From assembly GCA_964648855.1 (NCBI GenBank), contig CAZYLT010000004.1, forward strand, positions 197,680 to 221,679: 24,000 bases of DNA, given 5' to 3'. Origin of the DNA: an uncultured archaeon. GTDB lineage: Archaea > Asgardarchaeota > Thorarchaeia > Thorarchaeales > Thorarchaeaceae. Both the position numbers and the translations under genes were made by a program. Shown in pieces: positions 7,911-16,336 of this stretch; within the stretch, counting starts at the first letter, position 1, and each line of letters starts with the position of its first letter. The notes under the pieces were generated by a model. The model was given only the letters and a program-made list of their open reading frames with translations. It did not search any database and had not been told where the DNA came from.

Positions 7911-8747
7911 GTGGCAAATATGTCTACGGCAAAGCACTTTGCATTAAAGTATCTGCGTCAGGAAGCCTTACCAACGCCATTCTGCGCCGCCTGCGGCAAC
8001 GGAATTATTGCCAACTCATTTCTCAAAGCCTTGAAGGACTTGGGTCATGAGGATCTACGCAAGTTCGCCTTTGTTTCCGGGATTGGCTGCGGAGCTTGGT
8101 TGACATCCCCTCATTTTCAGGCTGACACGATTCATACGACTCATGGGCGCGCAGTTGCCTTTGCCACTGGCCTCAAAATGGCGCGACCAGAGCTACAAGT
8201 CGTCGTGATCTCCGGAGATGGAGATTTGGCTACTATCGGCGGAAATCATCTGATTCATGCAGCTAGACGCAATATCGATATGACCGTAATCATGAGCAAC
8301 AATCACAACTATGGCATGACCGGCGGACAAGTATCCGCAACTACATTCACTGGTGATACAACATCTACAACTCCATACGGCAACCCCGAGCGTCCCTTTG
8401 ATATATCCCGCTTGGTGGCTGCTGCAGGGGCGAACTTTGTGGCCCGTTGGACCACTGCCCACCCAAATCAAGCTGCACGAGCAATCAAGACCGCTTTGAG
8501 GAGAGAAGGGTTCTCATTTGTTGAGATGCTGAGCCAATGTCCAACAGCGTACGGAAGAAGAGCCAAAATTGGCAAGCCTCAGGACTTCATTGATTGGTAT
8601 AAGAAACTACCAATACGCAAGAGGGATGAACCTCTCACTCATACGATACCAACGCCTGAGGGAACTGACCTTGGCGTGTTTGTGGATCGAAATGAGCCAG
8701 GATTCAAGAACGCCGTTGATGCCATGACGAAACGAGCTAAGGAGTAA
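7911..8747 (+). CDS. korB: 2-oxoacid:ferredoxin oxidoreductase, beta (TPP-binding) subunit
   Basis: 278 aa with the TPP-binding motif region GDGDLATIGGNHLIHAARRNIDMTVIMSNNHNYGMTGGQ. The N-terminal CAACGNG aligns to the usual CPGCG position. Track start is GTG 7911, with an in-frame ATG at 7920. Substrate specificity was not determined, so the kor symbol is tentative. Confidence 0.88.
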   Translation: MANMSTAKHFALKYLRQEALPTPFCAACGNGIIANSFLKALKDLGHEDLRKFAFVSGIGCGAWLTSPHFQADTIHTTHGRAVAFATGLKMARPELQVVVISGDGDLATIGGNHLIHAARRNIDMTVIMSNNHNYGMTGGQVSATTFTGDTTSTTPYGNPERPFDISRLVAAAGANFVARWTTAHPNQAARAIKTALRREGFSFVEMLSQCPTAYGRRAKIGKPQDFIDWYKKLPIRKRDEPLTHTIPTPEGTDLGVFVDRNEPGFKNAVDAMTKRAKE

Positions 8748-8753
8748 TCTGGA

Positions 8754-9281
8754 ATGCGAAAAGAAATACGAATTGCGGGAACCGGGGGTATGGGTGTAGT
8801 TCTTGCGGGTGTAATAGTCGGTCATGCGGCGGTGGTTCATGCTGGATTGAATGCTGTTCAGAGTCAAAGCTATGGATCAGAGGCTCGAGGAACCGCAGCT
8901 AAGAGTGAGGTTATCATCAGCGATGGACAAATTAAATATCCAAAGGTTCGTGGCTCGGATTATTTTGTTGTAATGAGCCAGAAGGCATTGGAGTTATACA
9001 TTGATGATTCTAAGAAGGGTAGCGTAGTCATAGCAGACCCTGATTTGGTAGACTTCTCTTCTATTACTGAACAATACGAGGTAGTGCCCATTCAGGCCAT
9101 TAAGACTGCAGATGAAATTGGATTACGCCTCGCTGCGAATATGGTCATGCTAGGCGCATTGGCGAAAAAATCGAGAATATTTTCAATCGAAGCATTAGAG
9201 AGAGCGGTTGCCGACATGGCTCCCAAAAAATACCTTGATAAAAACATAGAGGCGCTCAGAGCAGGAGTGGACCTGATTTAG
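8754..9281 (+). CDS. 2-oxoacid:ferredoxin oxidoreductase, gamma subunit
   Basis: 175 aa with a gamma-subunit-like sequence (IRIAGTGGMGVVLAGVIVGHAA ... QSYGSEARGTAAKSEVIIS). It starts 7 nt after the beta subunit stop. Confidence 0.85.
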   Translation: MRKEIRIAGTGGMGVVLAGVIVGHAAVVHAGLNAVQSQSYGSEARGTAAKSEVIISDGQIKYPKVRGSDYFVVMSQKALELYIDDSKKGSVVIADPDLVDFSSITEQYEVVPIQAIKTADEIGLRLAANMVMLGALAKKSRIFSIEALERAVADMAPKKYLDKNIEALRAGVDLI

Positions 9282-9556
9282 CCACCATGTATAAGGGGAA
9301 GAATTACTACCTTGTCATCTGATTCGAGAATTGTATCAAGTCCATTCAACATCTCGACATCTCGTTCATTTATCAATATCAGTGTCTCCCGACAAATCCT
9401 TTCGGGCACATGCCATTCCTTTCCTACCTCGGGATTACTGCCGATCAATTGTGCCAGTGCTTCTCCCACAGTACAGCCCTCTTGAATATCCAATGCAAGC
9501 GAACTAGAATCAATTCTTTTTGAAATTGGACCACGTATCGTGAAATGCACAATCAT
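9278..9556 (-). CDS. MoaD/ThiS/SAMP-family ubiquitin-like beta-grasp protein with a C-terminal diglycine
   Basis: 92 aa ending in ...VVILPLIHGG followed directly by the stop. Size and pattern (LINERDVE ... D.V.ILP...GG) are typical of MoaD/ThiS/small archaeal modifier proteins. Its stop overlaps the gamma subunit stop by 4 nt (convergent). Confidence 0.7.
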   Translation of the reverse strand: MIVHFTIRGPISKRIDSSSLALDIQEGCTVGEALAQLIGSNPEVGKEWHVPERICRETLILINERDVEMLNGLDTILESDDKVVILPLIHGG

Positions 9557-9631
9557 CTAAATCCCTATTCCGCTAGCCCTTTCTCCTTGAAGGCGCATTT
9601 CAGAGTTTTCCTATCAGATAAATTTGTATTC

Positions 9632-10195
9632 ATGACTATCATGGGAGAAGTACTCATATGGGCAATAGGTATCCTCTGGTGGACATTAATCCTCTTCCCG
9701 CTCTATTTTGCTTACATGATTACTGATGTTGCAGTTTCATCATATCGCTCACTAGTATTCATACATGAAGCAGTTGGACAAGAATGTAGTGGGATATGGG
9801 TTAAGAGATTTGACCCAGTGAAATGGACTCCCAGATTCAGAGTATTAGAGTTCTGTGGTTTCTTCTTCTATGTAATCTTAGCTCTCAATACGTTCATTTT
9901 TCCCTCTCCTTTTCACTCAGAAAATCTCTTGCGTCTACCTCTTCCTTTCACGGACTTACCTATAATCGAAATGCCCGCGGAGTCAGTTCTTCCCATGATA
10001 ATCGTGTTTGTGCTCTTTGTTGTAACCGATGTGTTTGCCAATCTAGCAGATATACTTACACAACGAGTCATGATTGCATTGGTCGGGGCAATACTAATTG
10101 CCAGAGGGTTTGGTTACCCCATTCCAAAAGCTGAAATCATAGTGCCAGCTCCTGAGAAAGAAGTCGAAGGAATTGAACAGCTAGAGGTCACGTAA
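9632..10195 (+). CDS. Truncated paralog of the downstream transporter: its C-terminal half only, with an internal deletion
   Basis: It aligns colinearly with residues from about 285 to the end of the 10222-11781 protein (LFPLYF.Y..TDVAVSSYR.L.FI..AV.QE..G.W...F.P.KW.PRFR ... ESVLPM ... ILTQRVMI ... PKAE ... E.EVT). It lacks the equivalent of about 55 aa (DVVPNRIRNS...GLIGTVLVKK). The track start at 9545 overlaps the SAMP gene, so I prefer the ATG at 9632 (MTIMGEV...). Confidence 0.55.
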   Translation: MTIMGEVLIWAIGILWWTLILFPLYFAYMITDVAVSSYRSLVFIHEAVGQECSGIWVKRFDPVKWTPRFRVLEFCGFFFYVILALNTFIFPSPFHSENLLRLPLPFTDLPIIEMPAESVLPMIIVFVLFVVTDVFANLADILTQRVMIALVGAILIARGFGYPIPKAEIIVPAPEKEVEGIEQLEVT

Positions 10196-10221
10196 CATTG
10201 TCGGATTATTTGGATTTCTAG

Positions 10222-11781
10222 TTGGCTTATCTTTCAACGTTAGCTGTGAAGAGGAGCAAATATCTGTTGGATACAGAAGAAACCATCAACCATCGGAAGG
10301 AGATACCCAATATAGATGACCGCAAAATTGTGCGTCATAGTATTCTTTCTCGGATTTTCGGATTCAGACAACCAACGGAAGCTGGTCTCACTTTGGCGCG
10401 AATACTAATTGTGTTGCTGCCAGCCTTTTCTGCATCTTTTCAGATATCCACATCATTCTTCATGATCTACATTGCCGAGTCATTAGGTGGCGGCGATTAC
10501 ATAGCGGGACTGACTCTTGTAGGAATCTTGGTTGTAGTGCAAACCGCGGTTCAGACAGCATTAGACTATCCAACAGGTGTTCTAGGTGATTGGATTGGCC
10601 AACGTTTTGTTATTGCTTCTGCTCTAGTATCCTACGCACTTGCATTCTACATCACTTCTACTGTGACGCAAAACACTCCCTTTGCGACCTTCTTGGTAAT
10701 CTACATTCTAATGGGGTTTGCAAGCTCGCAGCAGAGTGGCTCATTCGAGGCATGGTTTGATAATAATTACCGTGTTGCTATGCCCCATGATGAGGACAGA
10801 AAACAATACGGAGTATTCTGGGGAAAGCTTGGGATGTTGACCCAAGTGATGGCTACCTTGGTTCTAATACCTGGAAGTTGGCTGGCACTAGTTTTTTCAA
10901 GAACTTGGGTCTTTATGCTTCAGTCGATTCTTTGTATTATACTCTCCATTATGGTCCTATTCCTTCTAAAAGACCTTCCAGGTGTCAGAGAAGAAAGAGA
11001 GGGCCGCCCCTCATTCTCAGAATATACAACCCTTCTCAAGGATGGTGTTAAGTTTCTATTTTCTGCGAAGTTCATCATTTTCATTATTCTGGGCGAAGTT
11101 TTCCTCTTTGCAGTTGGACCAGTCTGGTGGAACCTGTTACTATTTCCTCTCTACTTTTCGTACCTGTTAACGGATGTAGCCGTGTCCTCTTATAGAACTC
11201 TAATTTTCATTCCTAATGCAGTTATGCAAGAACGGACAGGAGTTTGGGCACAAAAATTCGAACCGAAGAAGTGGATTCCACGGTTTCGGCTTTTCCAGTT
11301 CAATGGATTTATTGCCTTCCTGCTATTGGCGTTGCTAACATTCATATTTCCAACTCCTCAGACATCCGAAACAATAGCTCTCTCAATCTTTGGATTTGAT
11401 ATAATCCAGATGCCCGTAGAATCCGTTCTTCCCATGACCATAATGTTCGCAATCTTTGTTGTAAGTGGCATCTTTGGTGGCCTTGCAGGAATCCTTACCC
11501 AACGGGTCATGATTGATGTAGTCCCGAATCGGATTAGGAATAGTCTGTATTCTTTAAGACCAACTCTGGTGATGATTATGACCATGCCTCTTTTGGTCTT
11601 CTTCGGGTGGTTCATGCCTCTATTTGGTTTTCCGGCCACGTTCATTCTGACTTCGTTATTTGGACTGATAGGGACTGTATTGGTCAAGAAGGCATTTTCC
11701 CATCCCGTTCCAAAAGCAGAGGTTGTGACCATTGCCACTGAAAAAGAAACCGAAGAAGTAGAGGAAATGGAAGTCACTTAA
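10222..11781 (+). CDS. MFS-like multi-pass transporter
   Basis: 519 aa with 12 or more hydrophobic segments and an MFS motif-A-like loop (DYPTGVLGDWIGQRF). The C-terminal tail is acidic (EKETEEVEEMEVT). The track start is a TTG and the true start is uncertain. Confidence 0.7.
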   Translation: MAYLSTLAVKRSKYLLDTEETINHRKEIPNIDDRKIVRHSILSRIFGFRQPTEAGLTLARILIVLLPAFSASFQISTSFFMIYIAESLGGGDYIAGLTLVGILVVVQTAVQTALDYPTGVLGDWIGQRFVIASALVSYALAFYITSTVTQNTPFATFLVIYILMGFASSQQSGSFEAWFDNNYRVAMPHDEDRKQYGVFWGKLGMLTQVMATLVLIPGSWLALVFSRTWVFMLQSILCIILSIMVLFLLKDLPGVREEREGRPSFSEYTTLLKDGVKFLFSAKFIIFIILGEVFLFAVGPVWWNLLLFPLYFSYLLTDVAVSSYRTLIFIPNAVMQERTGVWAQKFEPKKWIPRFRLFQFNGFIAFLLLALLTFIFPTPQTSETIALSIFGFDIIQMPVESVLPMTIMFAIFVVSGIFGGLAGILTQRVMIDVVPNRIRNSLYSLRPTLVMIMTMPLLVFFGWFMPLFGFPATFILTSLFGLIGTVLVKKAFSHPVPKAEVVTIATEKETEEVEEMEVT

Positions 11782-11796
11782 GCATCTAAATCTCTC

Positions 11797-12810
11797 TCAA
11801 TAGCTGCCTAGGACCTTTTTCAAGGCAGCAGAATCTATACTCCCCGCTGAATAAGATTGCTGTGTTTCTATATCGGTAATTGTTGCTTCAGCAGGACCGA
11901 ATATGAGCGAATCCATGTTTCCGTAACTGATATCAAAGTAGGTGCCTGAATTTCCGGATGGCACTTCGTGTTGTTCAGATGAAAAGGGAATCTCACTAGT
12001 GAGCCAATGTAGATCTTCTTCCTCTGTAGCTCTCACATAGAAAAACACACGCCCTCCGTACATAATGCACTCGTTAGAAATTTTAATCGCTTGCTTGTCA
12101 TTTTTTGCCACCGGTGGTATTGGTGCCACACCATATGCACTTCTAACCTTGTCGGGATGAAATCCTAGTTTGTAGACCTTGAATATTCCCGACTCTATAA
12201 TCCTAGAGGCAATCCGGATAGTTCCCACTTTTGACGCGGTGGGTGATACTACACAGAATAAATCTGATGGGTTAATTCCACATTTCTTTGACAGATACTC
12301 AACGACTTCGGGTGTTGGGATCTGCCGAGTATCCAGTAAAACCACACCTGAATCTGAAGTTTCCTCACAACTAATCTTCCCAATGGGGGTATGCATCTTT
12401 GTTAACGCCTTTGCTGGTCCTGAAGCCATAGCGGTGAAATCGCCTATCTCTATCTTCCAGTCTTCAAATTGTGAGCAAATGATTGCATGTGTTGGCATAT
12501 CAGTTGCAACAATTGCTACAGGGAGAATCAACTCTCCGAACAAACCTCTACTGAGTTTCACAACTCCATGTCCACCCATTGCAATTTCAGCTACAAGCTG
12601 TCCAAGTTCTTGTGTTCCCTGCACATTTACGCCAACATCGATTATCTTAGCTTCATTGACCTCCTCTACGGCACAGTCGAAACGATCAGAATTATTCATG
12701 ATCTTCTTGACGATTTCCGTTACAGCTTCATTCATATTCAACTGCATATTTATCAGCCGGACATCTGAGAGAGTAATTCTTTTTGGATTCCCATTAGTGT
12801 CTGTTCTCAC
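11797..12810 (-). CDS. mch: Methenyltetrahydromethanopterin cyclohydrolase (Mch)
   Basis: Blocks I recognise from Mch: MASGPAKAL, VVSPTASKVGTIRIASRIIESGIFK and IMYGGRVFFYV. The track start is GTG 12810. The ATG at 12747 (MQLNMNEAV...) gives about 316 aa, closer to typical Mch length. Confidence 0.88.
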   Translation of the reverse strand: MRTDTNGNPKRITLSDVRLINMQLNMNEAVTEIVKKIMNNSDRFDCAVEEVNEAKIIDVGVNVQGTQELGQLVAEIAMGGHGVVKLSRGLFGELILPVAIVATDMPTHAIICSQFEDWKIEIGDFTAMASGPAKALTKMHTPIGKISCEETSDSGVVLLDTRQIPTPEVVEYLSKKCGINPSDLFCVVSPTASKVGTIRIASRIIESGIFKVYKLGFHPDKVRSAYGVAPIPPVAKNDKQAIKISNECIMYGGRVFFYVRATEEEDLHWLTSEIPFSSEQHEVPSGNSGTYFDISYGNMDSLIFGPAEATITDIETQQSYSAGSIDSAALKKVLGSY

Positions 12811-12957
12811 CCTCTAAACCCCCTTACATTGATATAAGCAGTGGGTCCCTCTTCTTCATCGCCTTATTTCCTGTTTTCGTACACAAAATCACTAGACCGA
12901 TTAATGTGCAAGGAGAAAACTTTATCTCGTGCTCAAGAGGGGGTGAGCACCAGAGAG

Positions 12958-13035
12958 GCCCCAGTAGCTCAGACTGGTTAGATCGCATCCTTGGTAAGGA
13001 TGAGGCCGCGGGTTCAAATCCCGCCTGGGGCTCCA
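12958..13035 (+). tRNA. tRNA-Thr (anticodon GGU), CCA encoded
   Basis: Hand-folded cloverleaf. Acceptor stem GCCCCAG/CTGGGGC. Anticodon stem CATCC/GGATG with loop TTGGTAA, giving GGT. T-arm GCGGG-TTCAAAT-CCCGC. Discriminator T, then CCA. There is one mismatch in the D stem. Confidence 0.93.
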
Positions 13036-13039
13036 CTTC

Positions 13040-13411
13040 TTACTCAAACTTGATTCTACCTGTATTCCTGACAATATCCTCTGTGTTGATGCCGCTTTCC
13101 AGCTTGACTCTTTCCCCCCTCTTTATCCTCGATAAAGACCGGATTACTAGATGGGCACCAATGGCAGCTAGGCCTAAAATACCAAAAATCAATCCAATGA
13201 TGAATACGAGAACTTGCTGAACGGAGTAATAACTTGAAGTAGCAATTAGAATCGTTAGAAGCGACATAGGAATGGTCAGAATTCCTATGCCAGTTCTGAG
13301 TTCCGCCAAGTATGTCCTCTTTTCTGCCTCAAGTGTTCTGGTGATGGCCAGTTGTATTCTAATATCTGATGCGCTGATAGAGCGTTGTGCTACAGCTTCT
13401 TCTTCGCTCAA
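13040..13411 (-). CDS. DUF202/YidH-like small membrane protein
   Basis: 123 aa. The LEAEKRTYLAELRTGIGIL motif resembles the DUF202 signature (ERT.LAW.RT) and is followed by two TM helices. The stop lies 4 nt from the tRNA-Thr 3' end. Confidence 0.6.
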   Translation of the reverse strand: MSEEEAVAQRSISASDIRIQLAITRTLEAEKRTYLAELRTGIGILTIPMSLLTILIATSSYYSVQQVLVFIIGLIFGILGLAAIGAHLVIRSLSRIKRGERVKLESGINTEDIVRNTGRIKFE

Positions 13412-13431
13412 CTACACACTCCCCCAGAAAC

Positions 13432-13725
13432 TTACTCCTGTTCCTCGCTCCTCTTTGCATTCAGCAGTTTTTCTGCTTTCTTCTCACCTACGAGACTGCT
13501 AAGTTTTCTAATCGCATCCGGGTCGTCTTCTCGTTCCAATAGATTCTCTACCCGCTTACGGACAGCAGGTGACAAGTCTCTGGCCAGTTTCTTTCTTCTT
13601 TCCTTTTTACTCAAGTCAAAATCATCTGGTCCAAGAAGACTCATTATTACCACATGTAACTCTGCATCGAAAGGTTTTATGGGTTTTCGCATGACTGAGT
13701 AATCCACAAAAGGGGGACATTGCAT
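13432..13725 (-). CDS. Small highly charged hypothetical protein
   Basis: 97 aa, or 86 aa from the ATG at 13692 (MRKPIKPF...). It is Lys/Glu/Arg-rich with helical character. It sits 20 nt upstream of the DUF202 gene on the same strand, suggesting an operon. No family recognised. Confidence 0.4.
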   Translation of the reverse strand: MQCPPFVDYSVMRKPIKPFDAELHVVIMSLLGPDDFDLSKKERRKKLARDLSPAVRKRVENLLEREDDPDAIRKLSSLVGEKKAEKLLNAKRSEEQE

Positions 13726-13733
13726 GAGAGTTT

Positions 13734-16088
13734 GTGGTCCAGTTGATGAAGGAAACTCTCGGTGATGTAGAAGAAATCACATCCGAAGAACACTACGTTG
13801 AAATTCATTGTGAGAATGGAAGTGCAAGAGTTACTATCGTAACCCCCAAGATTGTTCGGCTTCAAATGACTACGACTGATGTTTACAGACATTTCGACTC
13901 ATACGCAGTTAAAGGGCCACTCCCGGAAGGGAATTTCCTATTCGAAGAAGGTGAGGTTTCCAAAATAGCAACGGGAGAACTTACTCTGGAAGTCGGAAAA
14001 ACTCCCTTCAGCTTCAGAGTACTAGACAAGTCCGGCAAAACAATCCAAGAAGATGCTGAATCAGGGGGCATGCATTGGAAGGGCAAATCCTTTACCGTAA
14101 CGAAGCGAATGAAGAAGAATACCTGCTTCTATGGAATGGGTGAGAAAGCACATGGACTCAATAAGCGAGGCCTCCGCTATGTAATGTGGAACACTGATAA
14201 CCCGGACTATGATTCTGAGTCAGATCCCCTGTATCAGAGTATTCCTTTCTTCATAGTCTTGGATGATGACATGGCATATGGTGTCTTCTTAGACAACACG
14301 TACAAAACATGGTTTGATTTCGGACGTACTATAGCTGGCTCATATGCATTTGGCGCTCCTGATGGTCCAGTCGACTACTACATATTCTACGGCCCAACAA
14401 TCCAGGATGTTATCGAAGGTTACACCAAAATCACAGGGAAACCACACTTCATTCCCAAGTGGGCCTTGGGACATCAGCACTCACGTTGGATGGAATATGA
14501 GTCAGATGAAGATATCTTGAAAGTGGCCCGCGGTCTGAGGGAACACAAGATTCCATGTGACACAATAGTATTAGATATCCTGTATATGGATCAATTCAAG
14601 ATATTCACATGGGACCCCGAAGTATTTCCCAACCCGCGGAAATTATCAAACCAGCTTTCCGAGAGGGGTTTTAAGACTATGACTATAATTGACCCAGGCG
14701 TAAAGAAAGAAGAAGGCTATTTCGTATTCGATGAAGGGGTCAAGAAGGATTATTTCCTGAAGAAAGAAGACGGCTCCTTGTTTGTCGGTCTTGTTTGGCC
14801 TGGCTTGACAGTATTCCCTGTATTTTCAAGGCAGGAAGTCAGGAACTGGTTTGGAATCTACTATCAGAAGCAACCCAAATGGGGGGTTAGTAATAGCAGC
14901 TGGATAGATATGAACGAACCTAGTGTGCATGAAGGTCTTCAAAATGAATACTCCATCTCTGAGGCTGTCACTAAGGAGGGAGAACCTTGGGAACCACGTC
15001 TACGAAATGTCTACGGTCTTTGCATGGCAGAGGCTGCTTTCTACGGATTAAGAGAAGCGTATCCCGGAGAGAGACCCTTCCTTCTGACACGTTCAGGGTT
15101 TGCAGGTTATCAGCGATACTCGGCTACCTGGACAGGCGATAATAAGTCCACCTGGGAATATCTTCGCCTGTCCATCCCCATGATTCTGAATCTGGGTCTA
15201 TCTGGAGTACCATTCAGTGGTGCCGACATTGGTGGTTTTGGTGGGGACGTCACTGCTGAGTTATTGGCACGTTGGTATCAACTGGGTTCTTTCTACCCAT
15301 TCTCTAGAAATCACTCCCAAATTGAAACAAGACGGCAAGAACCGTGGCTGTTTGGAGATGAGGTTTCACAAATCGCAAGCAAATATATCTCATTGCGATA
15401 TCGATTCATGAGATATCTGTATTCACTTGCATGGTTGGCTTCTGAAACAGGATCGCCCATCATGAAACCCTTAGTCTTGGAATTCCAAGAGGATGAAAAC
15501 ACTCATGAAATTGATACAGAGTTTCTCGTTGGCTCCTTCCTCTTAATAGCTCCCATATTACATGAGGGAAAAACTGAACGCAATGTGTATTTGCCAGAAG
15601 GTTTCTGGTATGATTACTGGACGAGTGAGAGATTTGAGGGTCCAATGTCCTTCGAAGTGTCCGCCCCACTTGATACAATGCCCATCTATTGTCGGGGCGG
15701 CTCAGTCCTTCCGGCAGGTCAAGTTATTCAGAATTGTCAAGAATCTCAAGGTGATGTCTTGCTGCTGATATACCCTGATGGAAATGGAAGTATCATTTTT
15801 TACCAAGATGATGGCATCTTGGAAGATGGTGCCTACGCAAAGACAAGGATACAGGTTGAATCAGACGTAGAATCTGTCTTGATTCGACTGGACGAACGAG
15901 AAGGCACATGGAATCCACCGGCGGAGAAACTGATTCTTGAAGTTCGAGGATTGACTGAAGGTCCAAAGAAGGTAGTAATTGACAATAAGGAGCACAAGGT
16001 GTCAGATGTGTACCATTCGAATGCCAGTCTATGTCGGATTGAACTAGCCAACGACGGTCGCCCCCATGAAGTGCTAATTGAGAGATAG
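13734..16088 (+). CDS. Glycoside hydrolase family 31 alpha-glucosidase
   Basis: 784 aa with the GH31 catalytic nucleophile motif WIDMNEPS, GADIGGFGG and the RNHS region. No obvious signal peptide. The track start is GTG 13734, with an in-frame ATG at 13746. Confidence 0.92.
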   Translation: MVQLMKETLGDVEEITSEEHYVEIHCENGSARVTIVTPKIVRLQMTTTDVYRHFDSYAVKGPLPEGNFLFEEGEVSKIATGELTLEVGKTPFSFRVLDKSGKTIQEDAESGGMHWKGKSFTVTKRMKKNTCFYGMGEKAHGLNKRGLRYVMWNTDNPDYDSESDPLYQSIPFFIVLDDDMAYGVFLDNTYKTWFDFGRTIAGSYAFGAPDGPVDYYIFYGPTIQDVIEGYTKITGKPHFIPKWALGHQHSRWMEYESDEDILKVARGLREHKIPCDTIVLDILYMDQFKIFTWDPEVFPNPRKLSNQLSERGFKTMTIIDPGVKKEEGYFVFDEGVKKDYFLKKEDGSLFVGLVWPGLTVFPVFSRQEVRNWFGIYYQKQPKWGVSNSSWIDMNEPSVHEGLQNEYSISEAVTKEGEPWEPRLRNVYGLCMAEAAFYGLREAYPGERPFLLTRSGFAGYQRYSATWTGDNKSTWEYLRLSIPMILNLGLSGVPFSGADIGGFGGDVTAELLARWYQLGSFYPFSRNHSQIETRRQEPWLFGDEVSQIASKYISLRYRFMRYLYSLAWLASETGSPIMKPLVLEFQEDENTHEIDTEFLVGSFLLIAPILHEGKTERNVYLPEGFWYDYWTSERFEGPMSFEVSAPLDTMPIYCRGGSVLPAGQVIQNCQESQGDVLLLIYPDGNGSIIFYQDDGILEDGAYAKTRIQVESDVESVLIRLDEREGTWNPPAEKLILEVRGLTEGPKKVVIDNKEHKVSDVYHSNASLCRIELANDGRPHEVLIER

Positions 16089-16104
16089 AGTTGTGCTCCG
16101 CTAT

Positions 16105-16114
16105 TCTTATAACA
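16105..16114 (+). promoter_or_regulatory. TATA-like box (TTCTTATAAC) upstream of tRNA-Pro
   Basis: It is centred about 31 nt upstream of the mature tRNA 5' end. Positional inference only. Confidence 0.3.
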
Positions 16115-16140
16115 TGAGATGAGGGAAACCGAAATTACAT

Positions 16141-16217
16141 GGGTCGGTGGTCTAGCTTGGCATGATTCTTGGTTTGGGTCCAAGGGATCGGGCGTTCAAA
16201 TCGCCTCCGGCCCACCA
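16141..16217 (+). tRNA. tRNA-Pro (anticodon UGG), CCA encoded
   Basis: Hand-folded cloverleaf. Acceptor stem GGGTCGG/CCGGCCC with one G-U pair. Anticodon stem CTTGG/CCAAG with loop TTTGGGT, giving TGG, and G37. T-arm GGGCG-TTCAAAT-CGCCT. Discriminator A, then CCA. T-rich tracts lie downstream. Confidence 0.93.
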
Positions 16218-16336
16218 TTCTACAGCTTTTCGGACTTCTTTCCCGTCATTTTTCTTTCTTCGTTTCACATTAATACCAACAGATATTCGACAAAAGACGT
16301 AATCCTTATCTAATACTTCCTTCTCATCGTGATAAC

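Noticed and set aside
9545-9631. The N-terminal 29 codons of the track ORF 9545-10195 (MHNHLNPYSASPF...)
   Set aside because: They overlap the start of the convergently read SAMP-like gene and have no counterpart in the paralogous transporter. The ATG at 9632 coincides with the start of homology.
12179-12817. A 212-aa plus-strand ORF, plus 12487-12768, overlapping mch
   Set aside because: It is antisense to a gene with clear Mch motifs and has no recognisable domain. It is a shadow ORF.
13036-16140. The segment bounded by tRNA-Thr and tRNA-Pro (DUF202, small ORF, GH31) as a possible integrated element
   Set aside because: No integrase was found. I could not find a direct repeat of either tRNA 3' end that would mark an att site. 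There was no obvious compositional break by eye.
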